A stretch of DNA of 64,000 bases from Octopus vulgaris. Lineage: Eukaryota. Below are positions 1 through 12,139 of this stretch, one piece after another; the first letter of the stretch is position 1; each line of letters opens with the position of its first letter. The notes below the pieces were generated by a model, which saw only the letters and a list, made by a program, of their open reading frames with translations, was not told where the DNA came from and searched no databases. Made by a program: the position numbers and the translations under genes. The stretch is taken from the NCBI GenBank assembly GCA_951406725.2, contig OX597827.1, forward strand, positions 20,150,001 through 20,214,000. The letters are read 5' to 3'.

Positions 1-93
1 GGTGTCCCATCCAGGTGGGGAACCTATAAGCCAAGAAACCGGGAAACCGGCCCTTATGAGCCAGGCATGGCTCGAGAAGGAACAAACAACAAC
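1..93 (+). mobile_element. 3' tail of a tRNA-derived SINE (family C1), truncated by the window edge
   Basis: Near-identical to 7415-7506 (GGGGAACCTATA..CCAAGAAAC..GGAAACC..CCCTTATGAGCCAGGCATGGCTCGAGAAGGAA); ends in an (AAC)n-like tail. Confidence 0.85.
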
Positions 94-319
94 AAGTTTC
101 TCCTGCAGCTCCCACTTTGTAAATGCTCAAGACAGACATGAATCTCAAAGATCTTGGAATGTTCATGGCCTTCATAAGCACAGTCCCATCTTTCAGACCA
201 AAACATATATTCCAACCCACCACAGTATATGAGAACATAAATAAATAATTGATACTATCAATATTATACAGAGTCTTGCAGGTCCTCGTTGAGCCCTGTG
301 GTGGGGTTGATGTAATCTG

Positions 320-549
320 TTTCTTTATTGCCCACAAGGGGCTAAACATAGAGGGGACAAACAAGGACAGACAAACGGATTAAGTCGATTACATCGACCC
401 CAGTGCATAACTGGTATTTAATTTATCGACCCCGAAAGGATGAAAGGCAAAGTCAACCTCGGCGGAATTTGAACTCAGAACGCAATGACAGACGCAATAC
501 CGCTAAGCATTTCGCCCGGTGTGCTAACGTTTCTGCCAGCTCGCCGCCT
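320..549 (-). mobile_element. tRNA-derived SINE, family A, nested in a remnant of a related SINE tail
   Basis: Reverse complement reads GGCGGCGAGCTGGCAGAAACGTTAGC (A-box-like) ... GAGTTCAAATTCC (B-box) ... GCCTTTCATCCTTTCGGGGTCGATAAAT ... AATAAAGAAA; ATGTAATC repeated at 310-317 and 555-562; matches copies at 4672, 11481 and 36050. Confidence 0.9.
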
Positions 550-945
550 TAGAAATGTAATCGATTTATGCCCTTCCCTAAACTTGCTGGCTTTGTGCCA
601 AAATGTGAACCCAATATTATACAGGGTTTTGGCTTTAAATTACCCTTCCAAACTAAATTCGGTGAGATTTACGGAAACGGTTAATATTCAAATAATGAGG
701 ACATTTCATGATGGACAAAAGATTGTTGCCTCAGGAATGTGACAGCCTGACCCAAATCCTGCATTGTTTACCATTTAACCCTGGCTTCAACCATTATCTG
801 AAGCAGCTTTCATTAGAATGCTAAGATATAAGTGGTTTCTTCCTTGTAAACTAATCAGTTTTACTTATCTACCTGACTATGCATATCTCTGTCACGTCAC
901 ATTATTTCATTTGCTTGTCTCTCTGTTGGATTGTCTTGTACTTTC

Positions 946-952
946 TCTTCTT

Positions 953-982
<30 letters not shown>
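946..982. repeat. (CTT)n microsatellite
   Basis: About 12 CTT units seen directly. Confidence 0.95.
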
Positions 983-983
<1 letters not shown>

Positions 984-1096
984 ATCTTTCCTTCTTTTCT
1001 CATTATTTCTTCTCGTTCCTCCCTTATCAATACCTATCTATCTATTTGATCTCTCCCCCACCCCTCTCTCTCTACACACACACACCCACATATATT

Positions 1097-1239
1097 ATTG
1101 CAGCATGAAATTTCGCCAGTGAACAGGTCATGGTTTCAAAGCAACAAAAATATTTTGACAAATAAAATTTAATGTTGAAGTGAATCTAACAGTTTTTGTG
1201 TGATTTTAAATGGCTTATAAACACATTCCACGCTGCAAT
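1097..1239. mobile_element. Small element with terminal inverted repeats (MITE-like)
   Basis: ATTGCAGCATGAAAT (1097-1111) and ATTCCACGCTGCAAT (1225-1239) are 13/15 inverted matches; no clear TSD. Confidence 0.45.
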
Positions 1240-1272
<33 letters not shown>

Positions 1273-1341
1273 TTCAGCGGTGGTGCCCCAGCATGGTCGC
1301 GGCTTTCAGGCTAAAACATTTTTAAGGATTTAAGGATATAT

Positions 1342-1676
1342 ATGTTCTTGAGGAGACCTATTGAGTCAAGTACGTCAACACCAATATCAAAATGAAAATC
1401 AAATGGAAATTATAGTTAAGATACCCGTGCCGGTGACACATAAAAAGCACCGTCCGAATGTGGCAGATGCCAGCCTCCTCTGGCTCTGTGCTGGTGGCAC
1501 ATAAAAAGCACCCACTACACTCACGGTGTGGTTGGTATTAGGAAGGGCATCCAGCTGTAGAAACACTGCCAAAAGAGACTGGAGCTTGGTGAAGCCTCCT
1601 GGCTTCCCAGACCCTGGTCAAACCGTCCAACCCATGCTAGCATGGAAAACAGATGTTAAACGATGATGATGATGAT
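1342..1676 (+). mobile_element. Non-autonomous retroposon, family D, (GAT)n tail
   Basis: Core GGTGGCAC.TAAAAAGCACCC...GTGGTTGG..TTAGGAAGGGCATCCAGCTGTAGAAAC...CCCATGCTAGCATGGAAA...GTTAAACGATGATGAT, shared with more than 10 copies in the window. Confidence 0.85.
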
Positions 1677-2831
1677 ATACACACACACACACACACACAC
1701 ATAAAAATACATCCTTACATGCATACGCACATAATTTACATATCAACTGCATAATATTATACCCTACTAGCCACTCCCTCACCCTCACCAACATTTTGTT
1801 TTAAATCTTTGAAATAGGAAGAACAGCATTGTCCCCCTGAAGGAGGAAAGGTGTGGATGACGTTCCTGAAGGGAAGACTTGACCAAAATGCTTGCAAGAG
1901 AATTGAGTCTGCTAAAGAGTACCCAAGGTAGTGGAGGTGATGCTAAATAGGGCAAGAGGTTCATCCAGGTAAAGCACTGCAGGATTTGATCTCAGCATAC
2001 AAAGTACTCAATATGTCTTGCATTATGACGATGTAACTTCGTTGCTTGCCTGGCTGGCCTGTATGGCGTACCTCGCTGACTGACACTGCTTGCTGTGTCT
2101 GTCCACTATTTATCAGAAGTAGAACAGACCACTTCTCACTTGGGGGTGTCCACCCCCAACTGTACTGGAACAAATATTGCCAGGCATCTAGTCTGGAATT
2201 CTAGCCATTCCATCCTCACTTCAGATTGGTACCTTTTTATTGGCTCTGAAAAGACAAAAAGTTAAGTTGACTTTGGCAGGATTTGAACTCTGAACACAGA
2301 GGGTCAGAGCAAGGAGTAAGTGATGCTCTTTCCAACATTCTCATGATTCTGCCATTTTGCCAGCCACAGAATGTCAAGGCTAGTGTCTGCCACAAATATA
2401 AACCTATACTATATTAACCAATGGTAGTTTTGGAAACTGCAGCATATCATTAATACCAAACTGATGTGGTGTCAGGATTTCAAGGGAAGTCCTCTCAGAG
2501 GATATATTGGGATCAGGGTTTCAAGATCACACCAAGTTATTGGTACCGGGCTATGCAAACATCTCTGGCATTTGTTTTGGCCTGGATAAAACACCACACT
2601 CTATCTATGGAGGTTTATTATTATGGTACCATGGTTGTGGTGGTTTTGTAGTGATAGACACCAGTATTGGACATTTTGTGGTCAGTAAACTGGCACAATC
2701 TTTAGAATGTTGAATTGAATGCCACTTAGTATTTTCTCCCTAAACATATACACTTTTTATCAAGACCTGACCAAATCTGGAGGCATTAACAATTATACCA
2801 GACTTTAAATGTTATGAAAAGGAAGAAGGTT

Positions 2832-3995
2832 TGAGACGGGTACAGGTGGGTAGATGAGACGGGTAGAGGTGGGTAGATGAATTGGGACAGGTACAGGTGG
2901 GTAGATGAATTGGGACAGGTACAGGTGAGTAGATGAATTGGGACAGGTACAGGTGGGTAGATGAATTGGAACAGGTACAGGTGGGTAGATGAATTGGGAC
3001 AGGTACAGGTGGGTAGATGAATTGGGACAGGTACAGGTGAGTAGATGAATTGGGACAGGTAGAAGTGGGTAGATGAATTGGGACAGGTACAGGTGAGTAG
3101 ATGAATTGGGACAGGTAGAGGTGGGTAGATGAATTGGGACAGGTAGAGGTGGGTAGATGAGACAGGTAGAGGTGGGTAGATGAATTGGGACAGGTAGAGG
3201 TGGGTAGATGAGACAGGTAGAGTTGGGTAGATGAATTGGGACAGGTAGAGGTGGGTAGATGAATTGGGACAGGTACAGGTGAGTAGATGAATTGGGACAG
3301 GTACAGGTGGGTAGATGAATTGGGACAGATACAGGTGGGTAGATGAATTGGGACAGGTACAGGTGGGTAGATGAATTGGGACAGGTACAGGTGAGTAGAT
3401 GAATTGGGACAGGTACAGGTGAGTAGATGAATTAGGACAGGTACAGGTGGGTAGATGAATTGGGACAGGTACAGGTGAGTAGATGAATTGGGACAGGTAG
3501 AGGTGGGTAGATGAATTGGGACAGGTAGAGGTGAGTAGATGAATTGGGACAGGTAGAGGTGGGTAGATGAATTGGGACAGGTACAGGTGGGTAGATGAAT
3601 TGGGACAGGTAGAGGTGGGTAGATGAATTGGGACAGGTACAGGTGAGTAGATGAATTGGGACAGGTAGGGGTGGGTAGATGAATTGGGACAGGTAGAGGT
3701 GGGTAGATGAATTGGGACAGGTAGAGGTGGGTAGATGAATTGGGACAGGTACAGGTGGGTAGATGGATTGGGACAGGTACAGGTGGGTAGATGAATTGGG
3801 ACAGGTACAGGTGAGTAGATGAATTGGGACAGGTAGGGGTGGGTAGATGAATTGGGACAGGTAGAGATGGGTAGATGAATTGGGACAGGTACAGGTGAGT
3901 AGATGAATTGGGACAGGTAGAGGTGGGTAGATGAATTGGGACAGGTAGAGGTGGGTAGATGAATTGGGATAGGTACAGGTGGGTAGATGAATTGG
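2832..3995. repeat. 28-bp minisatellite, about 41 copies, consensus GGGTAGATGAATTGGGACAGGTA(C/G)AGGT
   Basis: Direct tandem repetition with GTGGGT/GTGAGT and TACAG/TAGAG variants and a few shortened units; explains ORF 3432-4010. Confidence 0.97.
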
Positions 3996-4467
3996 AAGAT
4001 AGATTTTCAAGATAGTTAAGGAAGAATCAGAAATGTTTGGCTGCCAGGATCAAGCTTTGGCAGCAACATGTTTGAGAATATCTGCCAATTTAGCTAAATG
4101 GAACTGATTCTTACCTTAGACATAAGAAATTAAAATACCTCACCCTCCATGGAACTTTTCCTTTTAGGCTTTTATTGTAAGAATTTTCTTCTCTAAGTTA
4201 CCTACCAATGCTTTGGCAATCCTGATTTCTTGTGGATCATTTACCAAAGTTTGGGAACATGGTTTATAAATGAAACAACTCTGCTAAACTAACAGAAAGC
4301 AATTTAATGATGTTGTAATTGGAATCATAAATGATGGAGGAATTGTTGAATATTCCAAGGAAATGGGATTTTCATTGTGAATTTGGTACTCATTAGATGT
4401 AACATGGCACTCAGTGAAACTTGGTATTCACTTTCAATCTATATAAGAAACAGTAATTAATATAATC

Positions 4468-4650
4468 CTTTCTACCAGGCCTGAAACTTGGGGGAGGGGG
4501 CAAGTTGATTACATTGATCCCAGTGTATAACAGGTATTTATTTTATTGACCCTGAAAGGATGAAAGGCAAAGTCAACATTCACAACATTTGAACTCAGAA
4601 CATAAAGTGGGGGAAATGCTGTTAAAGCTTTTGACCAGTACAGTAACAAT
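4468..4650 (-). mobile_element. Degenerate SINE, family A variant with alternative tail
   Basis: GACCCTGAAAGGATGAAAGGCAAAGTCAAC...TTTGAACTCAGAAC core, with a GGCCTGAAACTTGGGGGAGGGG tail like the 41743 and 49681 copies. Confidence 0.75.
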
Positions 4651-4671
4651 ATAATACCAATCCTTATATAT

Positions 4672-4901
4672 ATTTCTTTACTACCCAATTGGGACTAAAC
4701 ACAGAGGGAACAAACAAGGACAGACAAAGGAATTAAGTCAATTACATCGACCCCAGTGCGTAACTGGTACTTAATTTATCGACCCCGAAAGGATGAAAGG
4801 CAAAGTCGACCGCAGCGGAATTTGAACTCGGAATGTAACGACAGACAAAATACAGCCACGCATTTCACCCAGCATGCTAATGTTTCTGCCAGCTCCCCGC
4901 C
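4672..4901 (-). mobile_element. tRNA-derived SINE, family A, with 22-bp target-site duplication
   Basis: Full match to 320-549; TATAATACCAATCCTTATATAT at 4650-4671 and 4905-4926. Confidence 0.92.
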
Positions 4902-5289
4902 CTCTATAATACCAATCCTTATATATGTTCAATGTGTGCTAAGGTCATAATATTCTAAATTTTAGTTAATCCTCTCCAAAGTTTACAGACAATATGTAAT
5001 GGTGGAATAAACAGAAAACTGAACAAAAATACTTTGTCATAATTTAGTTACGATCCCTTTATGTTCAGAGTTGAAATTTATCCTACTGCCAAGGACCTAC
5101 TTATTACCCCTCTCCAGAGGTGTAAATAAAAAAGTACCAGTACTACAACTGATACAATTAACTATGCCTCTTCCTTAGTATTTGTAGCTTTGTCCTTAAA
5201 AGAGAAAACAATATTTATCTATAATGAAATAAGTGCAGTAAAAGAGAACTTTACTGCCGGCTTTAGAATTAGTTTCTGAAAAAAAATTC

Positions 5290-5713
5290 GGATCTTTTCA
5301 GTTTGAACGGCAGTTTTTAACATAATTTCTTGGTAACTAAAAAATTTTAAACTTCGTATACTGGTAGAATGTGTTTATAAAACATTTTTTCTCTTGGCTT
5401 TATTGAGAAAATTCTATAGTTTGTAAGATATTTGTTGTTTTTTTCTTCAATTTCTGCAATTTCAACCAATCAGTGACGTCCATTGAGGTAAAAAAAAACA
5501 TTCTGTGCCGTATGAATATGTCCCCCATTTAAGAAACAGATTGGGTTTATTTACATTTCTGAAGATAAAAAGATACCCTTCCCCCCACCCCTAACCCTAA
5601 CCCTGACCCTAAAACAGACTGAAATGCAATAGATCAATACTAGGGTCATAATTATGGGTGACAATTTCATATGACACCGCTAGAAAAAACTGCCGTTCAA
5701 ACCGAAAAGATCC
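5290..5713. mobile_element. MITE copy 1 (Merlin-like: GG-ended TIR, 8-bp TSD)
   Basis: TIR GGATCTTTTC(A/G)GTTTGAACGGCAGTTTTT / AAAAACTGCCGTTCAAACCGAAAAGATCC; TSD AAAAATTC; internal CCCTAA repeats. Confidence 0.93.
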
Positions 5714-5974
5714 AAAAATTCTAATTCAGTCAATTAAATATTTTTAAGAAATCTGGAAATATTTTCAAAACTCCTTCTGTTTCAGCTATTCAAAGCCAGA
5801 ACGTGTATACTTCTCCTGAAAATCAATAGCTCTTTGTTAAATTAGTTGCCATGGTGTCTGGGAAGTCTTGCTCTGTTAGTCGTTGTTGAATAGCTCCTGT
5901 CAGCATTGATCAAACATATGGCACATGGGTAGTTGTTTGAGTGTCTGGGTTTAATCCATATTACCTGACTTCCT

Positions 5975-6090
5975 GATATATTACAACAGGGCAGATATAT
6001 TGTGACAGGACAGGTATACTGTGACCTGGCAGAAATACTGTTGACAGGGCAGATATATTGTGGCATGGTAGATATATTGTGACACAGCAG
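5975..6090. repeat. Degenerate 19-20 bp tandem repeat, 6 copies (GATATATTGTGACAGGGCA-like)
   Basis: Six consecutive related units seen directly. Confidence 0.75.
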
Positions 6091-7218
6091 TTATGATAAA
6101 GGAATAGAATGATGACAAAATTTGTTTCAGTCAACCATGTGAGTCCCATCAGAAATCCATAACTATTTCAAAAGTAAGCACCAGTGTGTAAGTATGGGTG
6201 TGTAAGGAATAGAATACAAAACAAGAAGGAAGCTCTTATATGGTCTTTCAACAAATTAAAAATAGCAGCCAAACCTCTACATAAAATGACAGAGTGTGAT
6301 TTAAGAGAGATTTGACTGCTGTTTCTAATTGTGTTCTATTACTTGTGCACACACATAATGGTGCTTACTTTTGAAATAGTTGTGGATTTCTGATAGGATT
6401 TCTCATAGGATTGGTTGAAACAGTTATAAGACATATGCAGTTCTGCATAACCCTTAGAGTACATAACCCTATACAGTATAATTAATATATTTGTCTCTTT
6501 CTGTGAAATATAGTCTTACTGTTGAGTGAAAAGCAGGAAATATTCTTCAGATCCTTAGCATCATTTTTGAGTTATCCAACTGAGTGTAGAATTTCCAACC
6601 CTGTCAGGGTTTGTTAAATCCAATTGCCACAATGCCCAGGAAAAGTGGCTTATAACCCTTGTATAAAAAACTCTAACTTAATTCAAGCAGAGTGAAGAAC
6701 TGTTAAGGTTTAAATACTTACAATTTCACCAATACTGTATCAATAGTTATTGAAAATTATGTTTATGAATATCTTTCGCAAGATTTCTGACGTGAAATCA
6801 TGTGTTGAAACAGATATTGTTATATTTTGGGACGGTCATTTTTTATCTTGCCAAATAAACACACACACTGTATATTCTTTCTTCACTTGTTTATTACTGT
6901 TCTTATTCTAATTCATGTCCATTGTCCGGAAATCTTTTTATCTAGACCTGTGACCTCTTCAGACCAAGCAGAAGATAGATAGGCCAACACATGGTATGAC
7001 AACCAAAAATACCAGAGTGTCATGTTTGTTGATGCTACCACTGGAAGCAAACTAGCATATCTCTTTAGGAAAGCATTAGATAAGGTAAATCTATGGATTA
7101 AAGTAGAAGGCCAAGAATCCCTATAAAATCCTTGATCTGTAGAACATGTCTACTCAATAGGTCCTCATGTATGAAGAACAACTGTATAGTGTGTCAGATG
7201 AACTCACAGGTTAACTGT

Positions 7219-7506
7219 GTGGAGGCACATGGCCTAGTGGTTAGAGCAGCGGACTCGCGGTCGAGGGATTGCGGGTTCAAATCTCAGACCGGGCAATGTG
7301 TGTGTTTATGAGCGAAACACCTAAGCTCCACATGGCTCCACTTCTGCTGACTCTTTCGCCACAACTTTCTCTCACTCTTTCCTCCTGCATCTTGCAGCTT
7401 ACCTGTGACGGACTGGCATCCCGTCCAGCTGGGGAACCTATACGCCAAGAAACTGGGAAACCAGCCCTTATGAGCCAGGCATGGCTCGAGAAGGAATAAA
7501 CAACAA
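7219..7506 (+). mobile_element. tRNA-derived SINE, family C1
   Basis: TGGCCTAGTGGTTAGAGC (A-box), GGGTTCAAATCTC (B-box); TSD ACAGGTTAA at 7206-7214 and 7507-7515. Confidence 0.9.
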
Positions 7507-7792
7507 ACAGGTTAAGTGTGAGATAAGGAAGGTAGTCTGTGGTATACAATGCACTGAGGGATGGTGCAGAATCAAGATGATAACTTATATTAGGGAGATG
7601 GCATGCAGCATAGGGGAGTAGATAGGTGAACACTGGTGGGAGCTCAAAGAGAAGAAAAACTCATCAGTGCTCTACCAACATTGTCAATTAGGACATAGAG
7701 GTTTGGTTAATGACATAAACGTTAAGGTATTATCAACACATAGAACAGACACAACGCTTAGATTACGATGGCCATACACATAATAATAGACA

Positions 7793-7847
7793 GATGGAAC
7801 TTCAACAGAAAACATGAATGGAACTTCAACAGAAAACATGAATGGAA
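7793..7847. repeat. 24-bp tandem duplication ATGGAACTTCAACAGAAAACATGA, about 2.3 copies
   Basis: Seen directly. Confidence 0.85.
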
Positions 7848-8065
7848 CAAGACCACACATCTCCAATGCACAATGCAACATGATGGCTGAAGACAGAAGG
7901 GGGAAAAAAAAGAAACATACATAAAAGATAAACCCATACACACACACACACATACACACACAAGAGACACACTTACACATGTAAGATGGAATAAAAAATA
8001 AAGAAAATAGAGATAATGAAGTAAATAAATGAAAAATAAAAATTATAAATGAAGAAAAAACTATA

Positions 8066-8313
8066 TCAAGCCAAGTAAAATTGCAGTTGTGACAGATACT
8101 GGTGTCACACAACTGGCACCCATGCCAGTGGCATGTAAAAGCACCCATTACACTCTTGGAGTGGTTGGCATTAGGAAGGGCATCCAGCCATAGAGACCAT
8201 GCCAGATCAGATTGGGGCCTGGTGCAGCCTTCCAGCTTGCCAGCTCTGGTCAAACCATTCAACCCATGCTAGCATGGACAATGGACATTAAATGATGATG
8301 ATGATGATGATGA
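8066..8313 (+). mobile_element. Family D retroposon
   Basis: GTGGTTGGCATTAGGAAGGGCATCCAGC core and (GAT)n tail. Confidence 0.85.
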
Positions 8314-8818
8314 TATAGAAAGAGCACAGATACAAACAATATAGTAAGTGCACCCATATACACACACACAAAACATACAAAACACATAGACATGCATATA
8401 CACATGCACTCACACACACACACGCACACACACACACACACACACATGCATACAAATAAAAAAAAACAAAAAATGACCTTCCCGAAATAAAACAATATTT
8501 TTTTTAAATTGATATCATGTAATATAATTATTTGTCTAAAATATAGGCATTGTCTCTTTCAGTTTGTTCAGAGCATTGAGAAATTAGAAAATAAATGTTT
8601 TTAAGAAACTGGAAAATGAAATGAAATGTTAAACAGGTAACAGCTTCTCAGACAGGAAAACATGAATGGAATCAACTTTGGGAGTTGAACCATTTGTCTG
8701 CTGAAGACTGGACAATTGTGGTCTATAGGGTCAGTTTGGAATAAAGTTACAATGTATTGTATTTCATGAAAGCAAACAAAACCAGTTATAAACTTAAAGA
8801 ACTGTGAGGTTTTTATTT

Positions 8819-9236
8819 GGATCTTTTCGGTTTGAACAGCAGTTTTTAACATAATTTCTAGGTAACTAAAAAATTTTAAACTTCGTATTACTGGTAGAAT
8901 GTGTTTATAAAACATCTTTTTCTCTTGGCTTTATTGAGAAAATTCTATAGTTTGTAAAATATTTGTTGTTTTTTTTCTTCAATTTCTGCAATCTCAACCA
9001 ATCACTGATGTCTATTGAGGTAAAAAACATTCTGTGCCGTATGAATATGTCCCTCGTTTAAGAAACAGATTGGGTTTATTTACATTTGTGAAGAAAAAAA
9101 GAAACCCTTCCTCCCACCCCTAACCCTAACCCTAAAACAGATTGAAATGCAATAGATCGATACTAGGGTCATAATTATGGGTGACAATTTCATATGACAC
9201 CGCTAGAAAAAACTGCCGTTCAAACCGAAAAGATCC
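8819..9236. mobile_element. MITE copy 2 (Merlin-like)
   Basis: Same TIRs and body as 5290-5713; TSD TTTTATTT (8811-8818, 9237-9244). Confidence 0.93.
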
Positions 9237-10123
9237 TTTTATTTCATTTGGGTTTCATTTGTTAGGTGTGGCATCCATCATGAAAAAAGTATTTAATGCC
9301 ATAATTTTCTTCTGCTTTGACTTCATTTTTCCAGGCCAGTAAATGTTGCATATCTTAATAGTCTTAATTTTGTACGCGTTGCTATAGCAGAATATCTCAA
9401 TTAGCAAATGAATAAATAAAATGTTGACAATGATAAGTAACAGACCATTTAATAATAATTTGTCCTCAATACATCTCTCTCTCTCTCTGCAATCATTTCA
9501 TTCCATAAAACTTACTTAGTACATGAGACAGCCACTCAACTGTAATAATTTCACTCATGGCTAACAAAATACTGGCTCTCCCCACCACCACCACCACCAC
9601 CACCATCACCGTCATTATTTTCAAACAAAAACATATTTAGACTTATGTAACTCTTTTACAATTGATTATTGCTTTACTTTCATTAATTTATTTCCATTTA
9701 TTTCTTGTCTGCAACACCATTTTTAACTCGGGTTTTCTTTCAAATTTTAAATCTTTGAATCTATTAATCTGTCTCATTCAACCCCCAATTTTTACTTTTT
9801 CTCCTCTTTATACATTATCTCAGATTATTTAACCAATTCTCACCATTATTTATTTTTCATTGTATTCTTTATAAAGACAGCTTTGCCTGGTGTCTCTGGC
9901 ATTGATAACACCTTCTTCTGTAGCCCTTTCATCTCATCTTCCAAATCATACACCTCCTCCTTACTTATTTCTTATGATTTCATAACCAGATGATGTCTCA
10001 ATAGAAACCTGATATCTGTAGATACATGCATTCTTCTGGATCTATCATACTGCTGCATTCCATAGACTGATCTTATTCATGCATGCATACATACATACAT
10101 ACATACATACATACATACATACA

Positions 10124-10650
10124 TTATGGCTGCCCCCTCGTTATCGAGTATGGCCATTGCACGAAGCTTAACTGTTACTGGTGCTGTGACCGAATGTGGC
10201 TTTTTAGCCCAGCTAAAGATCTACAATGTTTTGTACAAAATTGGCATCTAAAACCTTTACCGGTAATAGCCGGCTGTAGTTGTAACCGGGCTTCATGTAC
10301 CTTTGCATGTCGTTTAAGTCCTCCTGCCAAATTACACTCTCTTCCACATGCCCAACAGATATGATTAGTATGGTGTGTTACACCACCACCAGTGGCCAGG
10401 TTGTCACTCATCTGTCTCGCTTTATGACTATGAAGATGACTCTTGAGTCCAGCTTTACTGAGGCAGTGTCTTGCACAGACACTGCATGTCAGCATCATAG
10501 GAAGACCCTTCCCATCTGGAAGTGTAACAGTGATGGCCTTCCTGACATCCCTCCTTACTTTCTCATGTGCAACTCGAGATTTCTGAAAAGTGGCTGTCCC
10601 CTCGTGCACAATCCTTCTCCACCTGCTATGATCAATAGCTATGACTTCCC
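10124..10650 (-). mobile_element. 5'-truncated RTE-clade LINE 3' end encoding three C2H2 zinc fingers
   Basis: ORF segment WEVIAIDHSRWRRIVHEGTATFQKSR..VRRDVRK, typical of an RTE/BovB C-terminus, followed by CSVC..GLKSHLHSH, CWAC..GLKRHAKVH and CQFC..GLKSHIRSQH*; short 3' UTR; flanked on both sides by (CATA)n. Confidence 0.8.
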
Positions 10651-10701
10651 ATACATACATACATACATACATATATACATACATACATACATACACACAT
10701 A

Positions 10702-11100
10702 CATCATCATTGTTTAATGTCAATCTTCCATGCTGGCATGGGTGGGATGGTTTCACAAGAGCCGGCCAGGCCAAAGCCTGCAGGATTTTTACAGCCGGAT
10801 TCCCTTCCTGACACCAACCACTCAACAGAGTGGACTTAGTACTTTTTATGTGGCACAAGCACAGACGAGGTCAGTTTTGGCAAGGTTTTCACAGCTGGAT
10901 GCCCTTCCGAACACCCAGTGTGGACTGGGTGCTTTTAAGTGGCACCAACACTGACAGGGTCACCAAGTACTTACAAGACAAAAAAAAAACTAGCTTTTAA
11001 GAGGGAAGGAGACATTGGAGGAAGTGATGATGAAAAGGTTATAGTGAGATAGATACAGGAGTCTTGCTGTAGAGGAAGTATAAGATTACCTGGCCGGTGA
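10702..11100 (-). mobile_element. Family D retroposon, long form with an internal duplication
   Basis: CATCATCATTGTTTAATGTC..CCATGCTGGCATGGG; CAGC(C/T)GGAT.CCCTTCC occurs twice; CACCAAGTACTTACAAGACA..TCTTGCTGTAGAGGA extension also seen at 48.8, 50.6, 51.7 and 61.0 kb. Confidence 0.75.
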
Positions 11101-11181
11101 AAGATCAGGAATGAAGACAGAAACAGGTGTTCTACTATAAAGAAAATACACGGTTGGCCAACTTGAGCGAAGTGCAGGAGA

Positions 11182-11183
<2 letters not shown>

Positions 11184-11240
<57 letters not shown>
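11184..11240. repeat. (GA)n microsatellite
   Basis: About 28 GA units. Confidence 0.95.
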
Positions 11241-11244
<4 letters not shown>

Positions 11245-11480
11245 AGACAGCAAGATAGAGATGGTGGCAAAGTGCTGGGCATAGTTACAAGAGACAGGGA
11301 TCAGAGTATAAATGGGATGGTTGAGCAAAGGAAGAGAGAGATATAGAGAGATAGAGAGTGGGAAGTGCCAGGGCATAGCCTTGAGGTTCAAATGCCATAA
11401 TATGAGTGACAGGATATTGCGAAGCGAGTGCAATTAAAGAGTGTGAGTAAGAGGCAAAAGACCTCGGTATATATAGAGTT

Positions 11481-11714
11481 GGCGGTGGGGAGCTGGCAGA
11501 AATGTTAGCACGCCGGGTGAAATGTGTAGCTGTATTTCGTCTGTCGTTATGTTGTGAGTTCAAATTCCGCCGAGGTCGACTTTGCCTTTCATCCTTTCGG
11601 GGTCGATTAAATAAGTACCAGTTACGCACTGGGATCGATATAATCGACTTAATCCGTTTGTCTGTCCTTGTTTGTCCCCTCTGTGTTTAGCCCCTTGTGG
11701 CTAATAAAGAAATA
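11481..11714 (+). mobile_element. tRNA-derived SINE, family A, with 15-bp TSD
   Basis: GGCGGTGGGGAGCTGGCAGAAATGTTAGC..GAGTTCAAATTCC..AATAAAGAAAT; GGTATATATAGAGTT at 11466-11480 and 11715-11729. Confidence 0.92.
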
Positions 11715-12139
11715 GGTATATATAGAGTTGCAAGGGCTGCTGGATAGCAATGATACAGAGGAACAGGGGTGTGAGGACAGGATTGGGGAGTGAGAGCTAG
11801 GCAAAGTGAATGAAGGAGGAAATGTGAGAAAGAGAAAAGATGTAAATTGGTTTGTGGGGTAGGGTGAGTAAAAAGTTTTCTTGTTCTGTGTGGGTGGAAC
11901 ACCCAGGTTGGGGGCTAGCAAATGGCAATAATAGAGTGAGACAAGGCATGTGGGTAGAACGCACAGGTTGGGGGAAAGCAGAGAACAATGATACAGTGGC
12001 ACAGGGCCAAGAGGGCAGGATTGGGGAGTGGGAGGTAATCATAGTTCATGAAATGTAAACATGAGGAAGAGAAGGGATGTAGAGACATAGTTTGGTTTGT
12101 TGTGGTAGAAAGTGTGAGAAGTTTTCTACACAGCACTTC

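Noticed and set aside
1961-2173. 70-aa ORF with faint resemblance to a tyrosine phosphatase segment
   Set aside because: No catalytic motif and no convincing splice sites
3432-4010. 192-aa repetitive ORF, and CRISPR-like regularity of the repeat
   Set aside because: Frame cycling through a 28-bp minisatellite; no unique spacers; eukaryotic context
5588-5612. CCCTAA repeats as a telomere or chromosome-fusion relic
   Set aside because: Only 2-4 units, internal to each MITE copy
6775-6820. CTGACG..GAAA..GAAAC hammerhead-like words
   Set aside because: Core incomplete (no CTGANGA) and stems cannot be formed
7219-7295. tRNA gene
   Set aside because: A/B boxes belong to a SINE head with TSD and tail; no complete cloverleaf
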